DNA of 64,000 bases from an uncultured bacterium (GTDB lineage Bacteria; Oederibacteriota; PGYV01; CAWJRG01): positions 1-64,000 of the forward strand of contig CAWJRG010000010.1 of assembly GCA_963845185.1 (NCBI GenBank). Reading direction: 5' to 3'. The number at the start of each line of letters is the position of its first letter. Within the stretch, counting starts at the first letter, position 1. The notes under the pieces were generated by a model. It was not told where the DNA came from. It was given only the letters and a program-made list of their open reading frames with translations, and did not search any database. The translations under genes and the position numbers were made by a program. Positions 38,126 to 49,000 of this stretch are shown here, in pieces.

Positions 38126-38686
38126 TTAGGCGCGCCAGTTATTTATAAATGTATTATTAGGTGTGATATTATTGATGTTATTTTTTATTCTGTTGTTGTT
38201 CGCGGCAGCCAACGCTTTTAACAAATTAAGGAAGGTGTCGTTTAGCTGTGCGTTGTTCTGCTGTAGATTTTTTATTTGATTAACAACCGTATTATTTTGG
38301 TTTTGTACTGCATTGTTGTTGGCGTTTAATCCGGTATTATTCGGTTTTATTTGCCCTGCTGCCGGCTGTTGTGTTGCCATCCCCTGCTCCAGCGCCGCGA
38401 AAGCTCTTTGTGCTGCTGCAAGATTGCCGTTGCCGAGCGCCTGTCCGAGTTCTTTAAACGCAGTGGCTATCTGGTTATTTTGCGCGTTATTATCATTGTT
38501 TATATTATTTACCTTAAAATTGTTTACATCCTGCTGTACTGCAGCAAAAGCTTTTACCGCATTATTTACATTGCCGTTTTGCAATGCCTGCTTCAGGACA
38601 TTAAAATCCGCCTTCAGTTTCTGTATATTAATGTTCTGTAGTAAAGGCATTATATTATTGTTCCCTGTTATACCCGTTATAGCCAT
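38126..38686 (-). CDS. Asn/Gln-rich hypothetical protein
   Basis: AGGAGGT SD; duplicated FxxLxQALxNGNxxxAxxAFAA motif. Confidence 0.7.
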   Translation of the reverse strand: MAITGITGNNNIMPLLQNINIQKLKADFNVLKQALQNGNVNNAVKAFAAVQQDVNNFKVNNINNDNNAQNNQIATAFKELGQALGNGNLAAAQRAFAALEQGMATQQPAAGQIKPNNTGLNANNNAVQNQNNTVVNQIKNLQQNNAQLNDTFLNLLKALAAANNNRIKNNINNITPNNTFINNWRA

Positions 38687-38864
38687 AAAAACACCTCCTG
38701 TTTAATTAAACTTTTAGCGTTAAATAACCGCATCTCTGTTTGTTCTATAATGATATATTCAAAAATCCAAAAAGTCAAGATGTATTAAAAAATTATATTG
38801 ACTTTTAATCAAAAATAAAATATTATTGAGAAAATACATTAACAATCTAAGGAAGGTGCCAAAA

Positions 38865-39608
38865 ATGCCAACGAAAAGAAAATTAAAAAAGTCCGTTTTA
38901 AAGAAGAAAACACCAAGGGAAGCTTCTTCTGTTAAACTTGTAAACAAAAATTATTTAAGGCTCATAATAACTTCATTAATTATATTAATAGTTGTGGCAG
39001 CAGTTGCCGCCACATACTCTGTTATAAGAACAGCGCAGTTAAAAAAGCAGGCGAGCACTTCACAATTTTTAACCGTGCAGGATAAAGAAAAGAATAAAAC
39101 TTACCAGATCCCTATAAATCCCGCCTCAGTTTCAATAGCAGCGTCCCAGTCTCCTGTTACCGTTAATGTAATACCGCAAAATAACAATGTTACAAATCCT
39201 TCCGCTGTGACCACCACCGGAAAAAAATCCTTCAGACAATTGCTTAAGCCTGTTGCCTCCAAAGAAACAATTAACAGGATTGACCTTGATCAGGCAAAAT
39301 ACTTGTATAAAAGCGGCAAAGCACTTTTTATTGACGCAAGGGCGCTGACCGAATATCAAGAAGCTCATATTGCCGGCGCTATCCCTATACCTGCCGGCTC
39401 TGCCGCAGCTGATATACCAAAATTTGCAAATGTCCTTAAAGATAAAGTGCTTGTATCCTACTGTCACGGAGTGGGGTGTCATCTTTCTGATAAAACTGCT
39501 TATGCGCTTTATGACGCCGGCTACAGGAAAGTTTGCATTTTTTTTGGCGGATGGCCGCAGTGGACGCAGGCAAACCTGCCTATAACAAAAAAGGGCGACG
39601 CCAAATAA
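38865..39608 (+). CDS. Membrane-anchored rhodanese-domain protein
   Basis: FIDAR..EY..HIAGAI, YCHGVGCHLS, GGWPQW; one N-terminal TM helix. Confidence 0.85.
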   Translation: MPTKRKLKKSVLKKKTPREASSVKLVNKNYLRLIITSLIILIVVAAVAATYSVIRTAQLKKQASTSQFLTVQDKEKNKTYQIPINPASVSIAASQSPVTVNVIPQNNNVTNPSAVTTTGKKSFRQLLKPVASKETINRIDLDQAKYLYKSGKALFIDARALTEYQEAHIAGAIPIPAGSAAADIPKFANVLKDKVLVSYCHGVGCHLSDKTAYALYDAGYRKVCIFFGGWPQWTQANLPITKKGDAK

Positions 39609-39617
39609 CTTAAAATA

Positions 39618-40094
39618 ATGCAAAATAAAATAATCGCCTTTTTATCTCATCCAATAACACTTTCCGTAATAAAAATTATTATCGGAGGCCTATTTGTAAT
39701 TTCCAGCGTAACAAAAATTACTGATCCGCAAAAATTCGCAGATTCAATAGCTGCTTATCAACTGGTCCCGGAAGTGATAATCCCCCCTTTTTCAATTTTA
39801 ATCCCGTGGCTTCAATTTATATGCGGAATATTTTTGATACTTGACATCTTTGTCCAGAGTTCCGCTTTAATCTTGTGCGGTTTGCTGGCTGTTTACACCC
39901 TTGCTATATCCATTGATTTTATAAGAGGCATACAAATTGACTGCGGTTGCTTTGACCTTTTAGGCTTGGAGGATAAAATAGGTTTGCGCGCAATAATCAG
40001 GGATATATGTTTTCTTGCAATGACTTTCATGCTAGTTCTATTTGATAAAAACGGAATAAATTTTTACGGGCTTATTAAAAAATTCTTTAAATAG
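39618..40094 (+). CDS. DoxX/MauE-family membrane protein
   Basis: TKITDP..F..AY and IDCGCF motifs; about 4 TM segments. Confidence 0.85.
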   Translation: MQNKIIAFLSHPITLSVIKIIIGGLFVISSVTKITDPQKFADSIAAYQLVPEVIIPPFSILIPWLQFICGIFLILDIFVQSSALILCGLLAVYTLAISIDFIRGIQIDCGCFDLLGLEDKIGLRAIIRDICFLAMTFMLVLFDKNGINFYGLIKKFFK

Positions 40095-40884
40095 CCTTGC
40101 CTCGCTTTTCCAGCAATAAATGTCCATAAATCAATTTTATAAAAATAGTCCTCAAAAAATTCTTGAAACTCCTTGCCTTTTTATCAATATAATTTTCATC
40201 TTTTACCTTCCATTTTTCATTAAGAGCTTTTATATTAATAATCTCAAACTCGTTGCCCATTTTTTCTTTTACTTTGTTTAGCGTCTTACTCCCAAAATGA
40301 TGAATAAAAGAAGCGCCTGTCCTATAACTTTTAAACCCTGCTTTTTTAAGCCTTATATAAAAATCCGTATCCTCACCTATCCCGGTGACAAACCGTTCGT
40401 CAAAAACACCTATTTTTTTAAACCTGTCCTTTTTTATTATCATACACCATCCAAAAAATCCATCTTCCTTGATTTTTTTCATTTTATTAACATATTGCTC
40501 CGCATAACTGTCAAAATCATAATTCAACGCGCCCTCTCTTGTGCCCGGGCTTATTATTCCGGCATTATGGATTAATTCATAAACATCAAGTAATCCTTTC
40601 AGCCAGTCTTTACTTACAATAATATCGTTATTAATAATACAAACATAATCGCTTAAGGCCTTTTTTATGCCTTGATTCCACGCCCTTGCTACACCCATGT
40701 TTTTTTTATTGTAAATAAAGCTTATTTTATTTCTTTTTAAAAATTTGGCCGTTCCATCGCTTGATGCGTTGTCAACAACAAGTATTTTATAATCAATGTT
40801 TAAGGTGTTTTTAGATATGTTTTTTATACATAATTTTGTAAATTTCAATTGGTTGTAAACAGGAATTATAATTGTAATACTCAT
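40087..40884 (-). CDS. GT2 glycosyltransferase
   Basis: IIIPVYN, VVDNASSDGT, IINND, GEDTD. Confidence 0.9.
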   Translation of the reverse strand: MSITIIIPVYNQLKFTKLCIKNISKNTLNIDYKILVVDNASSDGTAKFLKRNKISFIYNKKNMGVARAWNQGIKKALSDYVCIINNDIIVSKDWLKGLLDVYELIHNAGIISPGTREGALNYDFDSYAEQYVNKMKKIKEDGFFGWCMIIKKDRFKKIGVFDERFVTGIGEDTDFYIRLKKAGFKSYRTGASFIHHFGSKTLNKVKEKMGNEFEIINIKALNEKWKVKDENYIDKKARSFKNFLRTIFIKLIYGHLLLEKRGKAI

Positions 40885-41687
40885 TATTTTATTTTTTTCA
40901 GTTTTTCTAAAATTTCATCATGAATTGCTTTATTGTTTGATATTATTATATTATAAGGTTTTGTCATGGATAGGCTTTTCAGAATTATTTCGTTTCCGTT
41001 CTCATCGCTGATTTCACATCCGCCAAGCTTTGAAATAAGCAAAAAAGGTGCGAAATTTTCCAGAGTGAGTTCGTTCCTATAATCCATAAAAGCCGTTGCT
41101 TTCCCCTTTATTACAAGTATTATTTCTCCTATTGTACTGCCGAGACAACGCACACTTTCAAACTTACCTAAAAAATTGAATAGTCTGTCTTTATGCTTAA
41201 ATTTAGAGTTTTTCACGGCTAAGAAAAGTAGTTTTCCTCTATCCTGTTTTTTTATTATTATTTTATTGAACTTTCCCCCGTTTAAAAAAATCCTCTTTTT
41301 ATTGCTATAAATATAATCACCAGTATAATAATTACCGACAAAAGAATAGACCGGCTTTAATCCGTAATCAAAAATAGCAAGGCCAAACGAGACAAATGGA
41401 ATCCCATTTGCATAATTATCAGAACCGTCTACCGGGTCTATAATTATATAATAAGGTTTATTCCCCATATTTTCATTTATTACTATTCTTTCTTTCGACT
41501 CCTCGGAAATTATAAAAGCCTTAAATTTTATTTTTTGTTTTAATATTGAAATTACATGGTTTTCAGTATGCTTGTCGAAATATTTGGTTGTTTGGCCTTT
41601 GGCATTTTTGCCTATTTCTTGGTTGGAAAGTCCTTTCAAAAGCCGTTTGCAAATTTCCTTAAAAACATTTGTTAGAATTTTTTTCAT
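40884..41687 (-). CDS. Inositol monophosphatase / FBPase-family protein
   Basis: IISEE, IIDPVDGSDNY, RCLGS. Confidence 0.85.
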   Translation of the reverse strand: MKKILTNVFKEICKRLLKGLSNQEIGKNAKGQTTKYFDKHTENHVISILKQKIKFKAFIISEESKERIVINENMGNKPYYIIIDPVDGSDNYANGIPFVSFGLAIFDYGLKPVYSFVGNYYTGDYIYSNKKRIFLNGGKFNKIIIKKQDRGKLLFLAVKNSKFKHKDRLFNFLGKFESVRCLGSTIGEIILVIKGKATAFMDYRNELTLENFAPFLLISKLGGCEISDENGNEIILKSLSMTKPYNIIISNNKAIHDEILEKLKKIK

Positions 41688-41699
41688 TTATAAAAATAG

Positions 41700-42134
41700 C
41701 TATTGTTTATAAATTATAACCGAATTAAGGAAACATGCCGCATACCAGTGAGGCGAGTCAGGGAAACCGCCATATATTGTCTGTGAGGCAGTATTACTAA
41801 ATTGAATTGCTGTTGTTGTTGATACCCCATTGGCATAATAGTAGCCGTTATCCGTCACGGTTATATTTGCATTTTCCTTTAATGTGACTGTAAAACTATT
41901 ATTATTATCAAGAGGTACATCAGTACTTCCGGTAGTATTTACTGCTGTTTCCAAAAACTCCTGGCTCCTTGTTACTCCGGTATTTGAAGAAATTGTCGCG
42001 TCGATCCATTCTCCAGAATAATATGGTACTATGCCAGAATTATTCCATACTGTGACCTGAATGTTTTGGCCGCAACCAGAAAATAAAAAAATAAATATCA
42101 ATATTGTTCCGATTAAAAAAAGGCTCTTTTTCAT
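41700..42134 (-). CDS. Hypothetical lipoprotein
   Basis: AGGAGG SD; FSGC lipobox. Confidence 0.7.
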   Translation of the reverse strand: MKKSLFLIGTILIFIFLFSGCGQNIQVTVWNNSGIVPYYSGEWIDATISSNTGVTRSQEFLETAVNTTGSTDVPLDNNNSFTVTLKENANITVTDNGYYYANGVSTTTAIQFSNTASQTIYGGFPDSPHWYAACFLNSVIIYKQ

Positions 42135-42251
42135 CTTTAGCCTCCTGTATTTTTTAATATCCTTACAAAGATAATATAAACACAATTTTTACTCATTTTC
42201 AAGGAAAATTTGCCTATAATATTTCAAGCCGGAACTTGCCCGGACGTTTAC

Positions 42252-43388
42252 TCACTTATTTGCGGTAGTGGCCAATGTAACATTTGAATAGAATTCAACG
42301 GGCAAAGTGTGGATCATGCCTTCCTGCGGAGGAACTACATAATGCAGAACTCTTTTATATTTTATAATAAGATTATTATTTTCTGATTTAACTAAAAACT
42401 TCATCGTTTTAAAAAAATCAATATTATTAAAAGGCAATATAAATTTTACTTCAGCCTCCGATTTTTCTTTCATCCATATTTCATAGTCAATTATTTTTAA
42501 AAGATAATATTGTTTTTTGGTTTGTAGGTTTTCCATCGAATTGCCGGGATTATAATCAATGGCGCTTAAAGTAATGCTATCATACCTGCGTAACGCATCT
42601 TCTTTGTCGTTAAAATACAAATTTTTTATATTTTTCATTTTAATAAAAATTTCATTGCCCTGCCAATCTTCATTTAAAAGTTCTTTCGAATTTAGCGGTT
42701 GCCATTCAACCGGCTCTATAAAAGGGTCTTCTTCCTTGTATTCGCCTTTAAAGTCCATTATATACCATTTGCCTTTCCCTTCCGTATCAAGTGGCTTTAA
42801 AAAATATTCCACAATATAATGATCCCGCCACATTACAATCATGGCAGGTATCGAGTAATACCTTAAAAGTGTTACCGCTGCCCTGCACTTCTCAAGTAGG
42901 CATGCTGCCTGCCTGTTTAAAACTTCAGCGCCTTGCAAAAATAATTTATGTGGATTTGTCACGGATTTTTCATTTGCTTCCGAATTATTAATATTATCTT
43001 TCACAAAATTGTAAACAAGCCCGGAAACATAATATGCGTTTTTTTTGCGGTATTCAGGAAGGCTTGAAATTATCAGATCCGCCTTTTCTTTAACTGTTTT
43101 ATTAAGATAATCGAAATATGGGGCAGAAAAAATGAATTCTCTTACACTTAAAGGAAATGTTTTTATAATTCTATACCCAAATTTCGGTTTAGAGGCATTT
43201 TTCTTGTTTTCTGCTTTTATTAAAAGATAAATTTTAAAATTATATTTTTGTATATCGCTGATATTAACAGGTGTAAAAGTCGCAGGTATATATATTGGGG
43301 TTGCCTCTGCTGCCAGTGAAACGGCAACAACAAAAACCGCTAAAAAATAAAATATAATTTTTTTTATATTTTGAAATTTATTTTGCAT
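42252..43388 (-). CDS. Secreted hypothetical protein, possible transglutaminase-like fold
   Basis: Signal peptide; C..AVTLLRYYSIPA..DHYIVEY..WYIMD ordering. Confidence 0.5.
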   Translation of the reverse strand: MQNKFQNIKKIIFYFLAVFVVAVSLAAEATPIYIPATFTPVNISDIQKYNFKIYLLIKAENKKNASKPKFGYRIIKTFPLSVREFIFSAPYFDYLNKTVKEKADLIISSLPEYRKKNAYYVSGLVYNFVKDNINNSEANEKSVTNPHKLFLQGAEVLNRQAACLLEKCRAAVTLLRYYSIPAMIVMWRDHYIVEYFLKPLDTEGKGKWYIMDFKGEYKEEDPFIEPVEWQPLNSKELLNEDWQGNEIFIKMKNIKNLYFNDKEDALRRYDSITLSAIDYNPGNSMENLQTKKQYYLLKIIDYEIWMKEKSEAEVKFILPFNNIDFFKTMKFLVKSENNNLIIKYKRVLHYVVPPQEGMIHTLPVEFYSNVTLATTANK

Positions 43389-45297
43389 TTACCTTACTCT
43401 CATTATTAATATAATAGCATATAAAATTAATCTCTCCTGTGTATGGATTTTTATGGTCTTCTCTTATGGCATCCGGGTATTTTTTCCTTATACTTGTTTC
43501 ATATAATATATCCGTAGGTCTTATTATAAAAAGCAAGCCTTTTTTTCCGATATATTCATTTTTATTAATTTCTTTTATATTGTCGCCAAGCATATAAAAA
43601 GTACCTTTCCCATAAGTCAAAAAATTTGTTATGACTTGCTGTTCCGCTGAATAAAAAGAATACATGTTTCTTGCAGGTGACAGGAATATATAATAATTAT
43701 CTATATGTGCATTTATACTTTGCGATATTTCATTAGCCTCCGGTGAAAAAGATATATATGTGGAGCTTGCTGTCCCATAAAGGAAAAAATATCTATATAT
43801 ATTTAATACCGCTGCCATTATTACTATTGCAGCAAGTACTATTGATAAATAAAAGTTATTTTTGTTTAATTTTTGCAGCATATTTTTTATATTGATTAAA
43901 GCCACTGCTATCAATATATATATGGCAGGTATTATCGCTATGGTTCTGTATGCCTGTGGCGCTTCTATCGACACTGTCATTATGCCTGGCAGTAGCATTA
44001 CTAAAAACCAGAATAAATAAAGGTAGTATTGTGTATTGAAAAGTGCTATTAAAAATCCTGCTATAAGCAGCACTCCACTCACATTGTCTAGCATTGGCGA
44101 TTTTGAAAGATTATGCCTGCCATTGTAGTCACCTTCATAATTAAACATTAAAAAGTGCTTTTCGACGTTACTTATAACCGGAGCTATGCTCTTTGATTTC
44201 GCAATATCGTTTGTAATGCTTACATCTCTTGCTCTTTGTGTAAATTCCAGGTAATTATTTTTCGCATAGTTTAAAAGCGGTATAACGATTATAAACGCCA
44301 AAGTCGCCATAAATAAAAAATTTCTAAGATAAATTTTAATAAATACATTTTTATCTTTAAACATAAGGTAAATAGAATATAAAATTACAATAAAAGGTAT
44401 AAAGTAAGCAGCGCTAAAAGTATAAAGACTTATACCCATGGCAATACCGGCCATTGCAGCGTTTGCTATTTTGTTTTCCTGTGTCATCTTTAAATAAAAA
44501 TAAAAGAAAATAATTTCAATAAATATGGTCTGCATTCCGAGAAAGGCTACTCTTGAAAAATTTATGTGCCATTCTGATGTCGCCATCATTAAAGATGCGG
44601 CAAAAGCTATTCTGTAATCCTTAAAAATGTACCTCAATAAGAAATAAAAAGCTACGATGCTGAAAGAACCGAGTAGTATTGATACAAGTCTTAATGAAAA
44701 AATATTGATGCCGAATATCTTTGATAAAAAAGCTGCAAAATAAAAATATAGTGCCGGCATTTGTGTCAGTCTCGGAATAAATACAGGCAGATTGTCAGAT
44801 CCCATTAAAGTAATTAATTCATTGCCGTTTTGAGCTTCATCAAACCATACCCCAGGTGGTATATCATTAATTCTGTAAATGCGCATAATAAAGGCCAATA
44901 TAAAGAGTATTATAACACCTAAGATTTCATGGTTAACATAAAATTCCTTCTTGATAATGTTTTCCTTTTTATTTACAAAAAATGAAATTATATAAAAAAC
45001 CATAGCCGATAAAACAAGTATGATTGCATAGCTTAAATAGTTGAGGTTATTTAAAGAAAATACATATTGCGCAGCAGATATAGAAGCTAGTGTTATGACA
45101 AATCCTATGATATAAAATAAATCTCTTTTTTCAATCTTTAGGTCATTCTCTATATAAAAAAATAAAGGCAACAGTATAAGATAGATTAAAAAATCATTGT
45201 AATTAACACGCTCTTTAAAAAATATTATGGCAGTCACAATTATGATAATAGATATATAAAAAGCCAAAAAATATTTTTTACTAATTTTTAGCATCAT
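43378..45297 (-). CDS. ArnT/PMT-like (GT83/GT39) polytopic glycosyltransferase
   Basis: PPGVWFDE loop, LRLVS, WHINFSR; many TM segments. Confidence 0.8.
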   Translation of the reverse strand: MMLKISKKYFLAFYISIIIIVTAIIFFKERVNYNDFLIYLILLPLFFYIENDLKIEKRDLFYIIGFVITLASISAAQYVFSLNNLNYLSYAIILVLSAMVFYIISFFVNKKENIIKKEFYVNHEILGVIILFILAFIMRIYRINDIPPGVWFDEAQNGNELITLMGSDNLPVFIPRLTQMPALYFYFAAFLSKIFGINIFSLRLVSILLGSFSIVAFYFLLRYIFKDYRIAFAASLMMATSEWHINFSRVAFLGMQTIFIEIIFFYFYLKMTQENKIANAAMAGIAMGISLYTFSAAYFIPFIVILYSIYLMFKDKNVFIKIYLRNFLFMATLAFIIVIPLLNYAKNNYLEFTQRARDVSITNDIAKSKSIAPVISNVEKHFLMFNYEGDYNGRHNLSKSPMLDNVSGVLLIAGFLIALFNTQYYLYLFWFLVMLLPGIMTVSIEAPQAYRTIAIIPAIYILIAVALINIKNMLQKLNKNNFYLSIVLAAIVIMAAVLNIYRYFFLYGTASSTYISFSPEANEISQSINAHIDNYYIFLSPARNMYSFYSAEQQVITNFLTYGKGTFYMLGDNIKEINKNEYIGKKGLLFIIRPTDILYETSIRKKYPDAIREDHKNPYTGEINFICYYINNESKVNAK

Positions 45298-45311
45298 TTA
45301 CCTCTTATTTT

Positions 45312-48300
45312 TTAAAAAAGGACTGTCTGCTCAGTCTGTGGCAACCCTTTTGCGAAGCCATTGTCCTGTATAAATTTTGAAACATTTTTATTTATTTTTG
45401 TCCTTTTAACCATATCTTCCATTGAGGAAAACTTGGCTTTGCATCTTTCTTTTATAACAGCATCAGCAACTTTTAATCCAAGCTCCGGTATTATGGTTAA
45501 TGGCATTAAGATTTTACCTTCTTTTACCTTAAATATGTTCGCTTCTGATTCATATATATCTATATTTGACAATTCACCGCCCCTTTCTTTCATTTCCATC
45601 ACTACTTCCATTACTTCAAGAGCGGCAGCTTCTTTTGGTTCAAGATTTTTTTTCATTTTAAGTTCTTTAATTGAAATATACAATTTGTCTATGTCGCTGA
45701 AAGCAAATTCATATTTAAAATCCGTCACATTCCTGTTAAAAAAATCCGCATAGAAATAAAGAGGGTGGTACATTTTAAAATATGCTATTTTAAAAGACAG
45801 TATCGCATAAGCTACAGCATGCGCTTTTGGAAACATATATTTTATTTTTTCACATGATTCTATATACCATTCCGGCACTTTGTTTTTCCTCATTTCGTCC
45901 TTTTCCTCCGCAGATAACCCTTTGCCTCTTCTTACTTTCTCCATTATATTAAAGGCTTTTTCTTTCGATAGACATTTATTGATCAAAAAATTCATTATAT
46001 CGTCCCTTACCGATATGACCTCTTTAAGAGTTGCTTTCTTTGCCTTTATCAATTCTTCGGCGTTGTTTCTCCACACATCCGTACCGTGGGATAGACCTGC
46101 TATGTATATAAGTTCGCTGAAAGTTTTTGGTTTTGTCGCCGCAAGCATTCCTCTTACGAATTTTGTACCATATTCAGGTATGCCGAGTGTCCCCACCGGA
46201 TAATCATATTTCTTTTCGTTTACCCCAAGAACTTTAATGTCACTAAAAAGCTTCATGGTTTTTTTATCATCCAGAGGAATATCTTCAACATTGATTTTTA
46301 ATACTTCACATAATCTTTTTAAACTTGTTGGACCTTTATGCCCAAGTGCATCAATTTTCACAAGAGCATCGTGCATAAAGTCATATTCAAAATGGGTCAC
46401 TATCACATCTTTTTCCTTTGAATCTGCTGGATATTGCACCGGGGTAAAATCATATATTTCCCTATTCTCTGGGATTAGTATTATCCCGCCAGGATGTTGC
46501 CCTGTAGTCCTTTTTATGCCCATGCAACCGCGCGCTAGTCTCTCAATTTCAGCTTTCTTCGCAGTCCTGCCTTTTTTCTCCATATATTTATTAACAAAAT
46601 CCCTTTTAGCTGCTTTCAATTTTATGGTATTGATTGTTCCGCATCTGTATACTTTTCCTTTTCCCCAAAACTCTTCCACAAAATCGTGAATTCTGTCCTG
46701 GTATTCGTCTGAAAAATTAAGGTCTATATCCGGTATTTTATCACCCTTAAACCCCAGGAATGTTTCAAATGGTATGTTAAAACCTTCCTTGCTCATTTTT
46801 TCTCCGCATATGGGACAATTTTTATCTTTCAAATCAACACCTATAAAGCCCTCCTGTGTCAACTCAAAATGTTTGCATTGCTTGCATATGTAATGTGGTT
46901 CCAGCGGGTTTACCTCGGAAATACCGCATAAAAATGCCACCAGTGACGAGCCGACCGACCCCCGAGACCCGACTATATACCCATCCTGTAGTGATTTATC
47001 CACCATTTTTTTTGCGATCAGATAAAGCACGGAAAAATTATGTTTGATAATAGCGTCCAGCTCCCTTTTTATCCTCTCTTCAACCTGATCCGGAATTTTT
47101 TGTCCGTATATCTTCCGCGCATTCTCCCATGTTATTCCTACAATCTGGTCATCCGAATCCGCGATATAGGGAGGCGCAAATTCTTCAGGTATGGGATTTA
47201 TCCCCGCATCAATCATTTTCTCTATTCGTTCGGGATTCTTAATCACGACTTCGTAAGAATTGTCTTCGCCCAGATATTTGAATTCCTCGAGCATTTCGTT
47301 GGTAGTCCTTAAATAAAGATTTGCGCTTTCTTGGCCTTCTATCTCGTCAAACCCTTGCGATAAAAGCAATACTTCCCTGTAGATTTTATGTTCTTCCGAC
47401 AGGTAATGTACATCTCCTGTAGCTACAACAGGCTTGTTATATTTTTTCCCGTATTCAAATATTTTTATGTTTATTGCTTTTATCCCCTCAGTTGATTCAA
47501 CTTTCCCTTCTCTTACAAGGAATTTATTATTATCAATAGGTTGGATCTCAAGATAATCGTAAAAATCTATTATCTCCCTTATTTTCTCTTCCCCCTTATT
47601 ATTTAATATAGCCTGGTACAATTCCCCGAGGTAACAGGCGGTTCCAAGTATCAAACCATCCCTGTGTTTTATGAGTTCAAATCTCGGTATGCGCGGTTTT
47701 TTATAAAAGTAATTCAAGTGTGCAAGAGATACGAGCTTATATAAATTCTTCAAGCCTTGTTTATTTTTTACAAGTAAAATAATATGGTTTGGTTTGTTTG
47801 TCTTGTCCGCTCTTATGTCGTCTACAATATAGCCCTCAAGCCCCAAAATTAGTTTTATTCCTTGTTTTTGTGCAATCTTATACGCTTGCGGATAAACATG
47901 AACAACACCATGGTCGGTAATTGCGGCTGCTTTATGCCCCCACCGCGCCGCGGTTTTAATATAATCTTCCACATCCATTACCGCATCCATAGCGCTCATT
48001 TTCGTATGTGCATGAAGTTCTATCCTTTTCACCTGTGAAATATCTTGTTTTTGTTCCTTTGTTATCTTTTGTATTTGTCTTAATCTGCCGGTTATTTCTT
48101 CTTCTCTTTCGTCATATTTGACTTCAACAACGGCGCGTGCATATGAAATATTTTTAATTTCGTTTATAAGCGCGTCGTCTTCGTCCAAAAAAGTAAAACA
48201 TTTTAGTGTGTCTATTTCATTAGTGATATACAATGTCATAATCACATAGCTGTTTCCGCCCGAACCTTCCTTAGTTACTTTCCTTTTATATTCCTCGTCA

Positions 48301-48959
48301 AGAAAAACCCTGCCCTCAATAACATATTTACCCTGCTCTATTATATTTTCTATCGGAGTCACATTTTCTTCTTTAATATTCGGCTTTAATATTTTACTTT
48401 CTTGGTTTGTTTTAATTGAAACTATTTTTGTCTGACTCGGTCGCAAATAAGAATAATTAATTTCCATGGCTTCTTTTAATACTTTGATATCCGGATCGAA
48501 TTTAAAAAAAGCCCTTATTTTTTTGAATATTTCTTTTGATATTTTCTCATCTAAAAGATTTTTGTAAATAAAATCGTTATTGCATGCTATAAACACTGTA
48601 TTTTCATACGCTTTTACTTTGGTATTTTCAAGCCATATTTTAGCATTCGTATCTTCATTTAAAAAAAGGCCCCAGTAATTATTTATCAATTTTTCCCGTG
48701 GTATATCGTCGGAAAATTCTGTAGTTATTTTTGTTTGTTTGCCAGTTTCAATGTCCAAATAATTTCTTAATTTGTCCAAAATTTCGGTTGAAATAATATC
48801 TTTCAAAACTACATTTACTGTGATTTTATCTTCGGCTTCAGAAAACTCGACAGTCTTTATTTCAATTGTCTCTGCTGAATCATCCAGTCCGATTTCATGT
48901 ATGATATTCTTGATAATTTCCCGTGTTTTATCTTTTCCAATATTTAAGATATATGTCAT
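45312..48959 (-). CDS. polC: PolC-type DNA polymerase III alpha lacking the exonuclease insertion
   Basis: ELHAHTKMSAMD PHP, GSRGSVGSS, HYIC..C zinc site, PFETFLGF..PDIDLNFS, KYMFPKAHA. Confidence 0.93.
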   Translation of the reverse strand: MTYILNIGKDKTREIIKNIIHEIGLDDSAETIEIKTVEFSEAEDKITVNVVLKDIISTEILDKLRNYLDIETGKQTKITTEFSDDIPREKLINNYWGLFLNEDTNAKIWLENTKVKAYENTVFIACNNDFIYKNLLDEKISKEIFKKIRAFFKFDPDIKVLKEAMEINYSYLRPSQTKIVSIKTNQESKILKPNIKEENVTPIENIIEQGKYVIEGRVFLDEEYKRKVTKEGSGGNSYVIMTLYITNEIDTLKCFTFLDEDDALINEIKNISYARAVVEVKYDEREEEITGRLRQIQKITKEQKQDISQVKRIELHAHTKMSAMDAVMDVEDYIKTAARWGHKAAAITDHGVVHVYPQAYKIAQKQGIKLILGLEGYIVDDIRADKTNKPNHIILLVKNKQGLKNLYKLVSLAHLNYFYKKPRIPRFELIKHRDGLILGTACYLGELYQAILNNKGEEKIREIIDFYDYLEIQPIDNNKFLVREGKVESTEGIKAINIKIFEYGKKYNKPVVATGDVHYLSEEHKIYREVLLLSQGFDEIEGQESANLYLRTTNEMLEEFKYLGEDNSYEVVIKNPERIEKMIDAGINPIPEEFAPPYIADSDDQIVGITWENARKIYGQKIPDQVEERIKRELDAIIKHNFSVLYLIAKKMVDKSLQDGYIVGSRGSVGSSLVAFLCGISEVNPLEPHYICKQCKHFELTQEGFIGVDLKDKNCPICGEKMSKEGFNIPFETFLGFKGDKIPDIDLNFSDEYQDRIHDFVEEFWGKGKVYRCGTINTIKLKAAKRDFVNKYMEKKGRTAKKAEIERLARGCMGIKRTTGQHPGGIILIPENREIYDFTPVQYPADSKEKDVIVTHFEYDFMHDALVKIDALGHKGPTSLKRLCEVLKINVEDIPLDDKKTMKLFSDIKVLGVNEKKYDYPVGTLGIPEYGTKFVRGMLAATKPKTFSELIYIAGLSHGTDVWRNNAEELIKAKKATLKEVISVRDDIMNFLINKCLSKEKAFNIMEKVRRGKGLSAEEKDEMRKNKVPEWYIESCEKIKYMFPKAHAVAYAILSFKIAYFKMYHPLYFYADFFNRNVTDFKYEFAFSDIDKLYISIKELKMKKNLEPKEAAALEVMEVVMEMKERGGELSNIDIYESEANIFKVKEGKILMPLTIIPELGLKVADAVIKERCKAKFSSMEDMVKRTKINKNVSKFIQDNGFAKGLPQTEQTVLF

Positions 48960-49000
48960 TTGCCTTCCTTGTGATACTTTATGTTAACTCTGTATATTTT

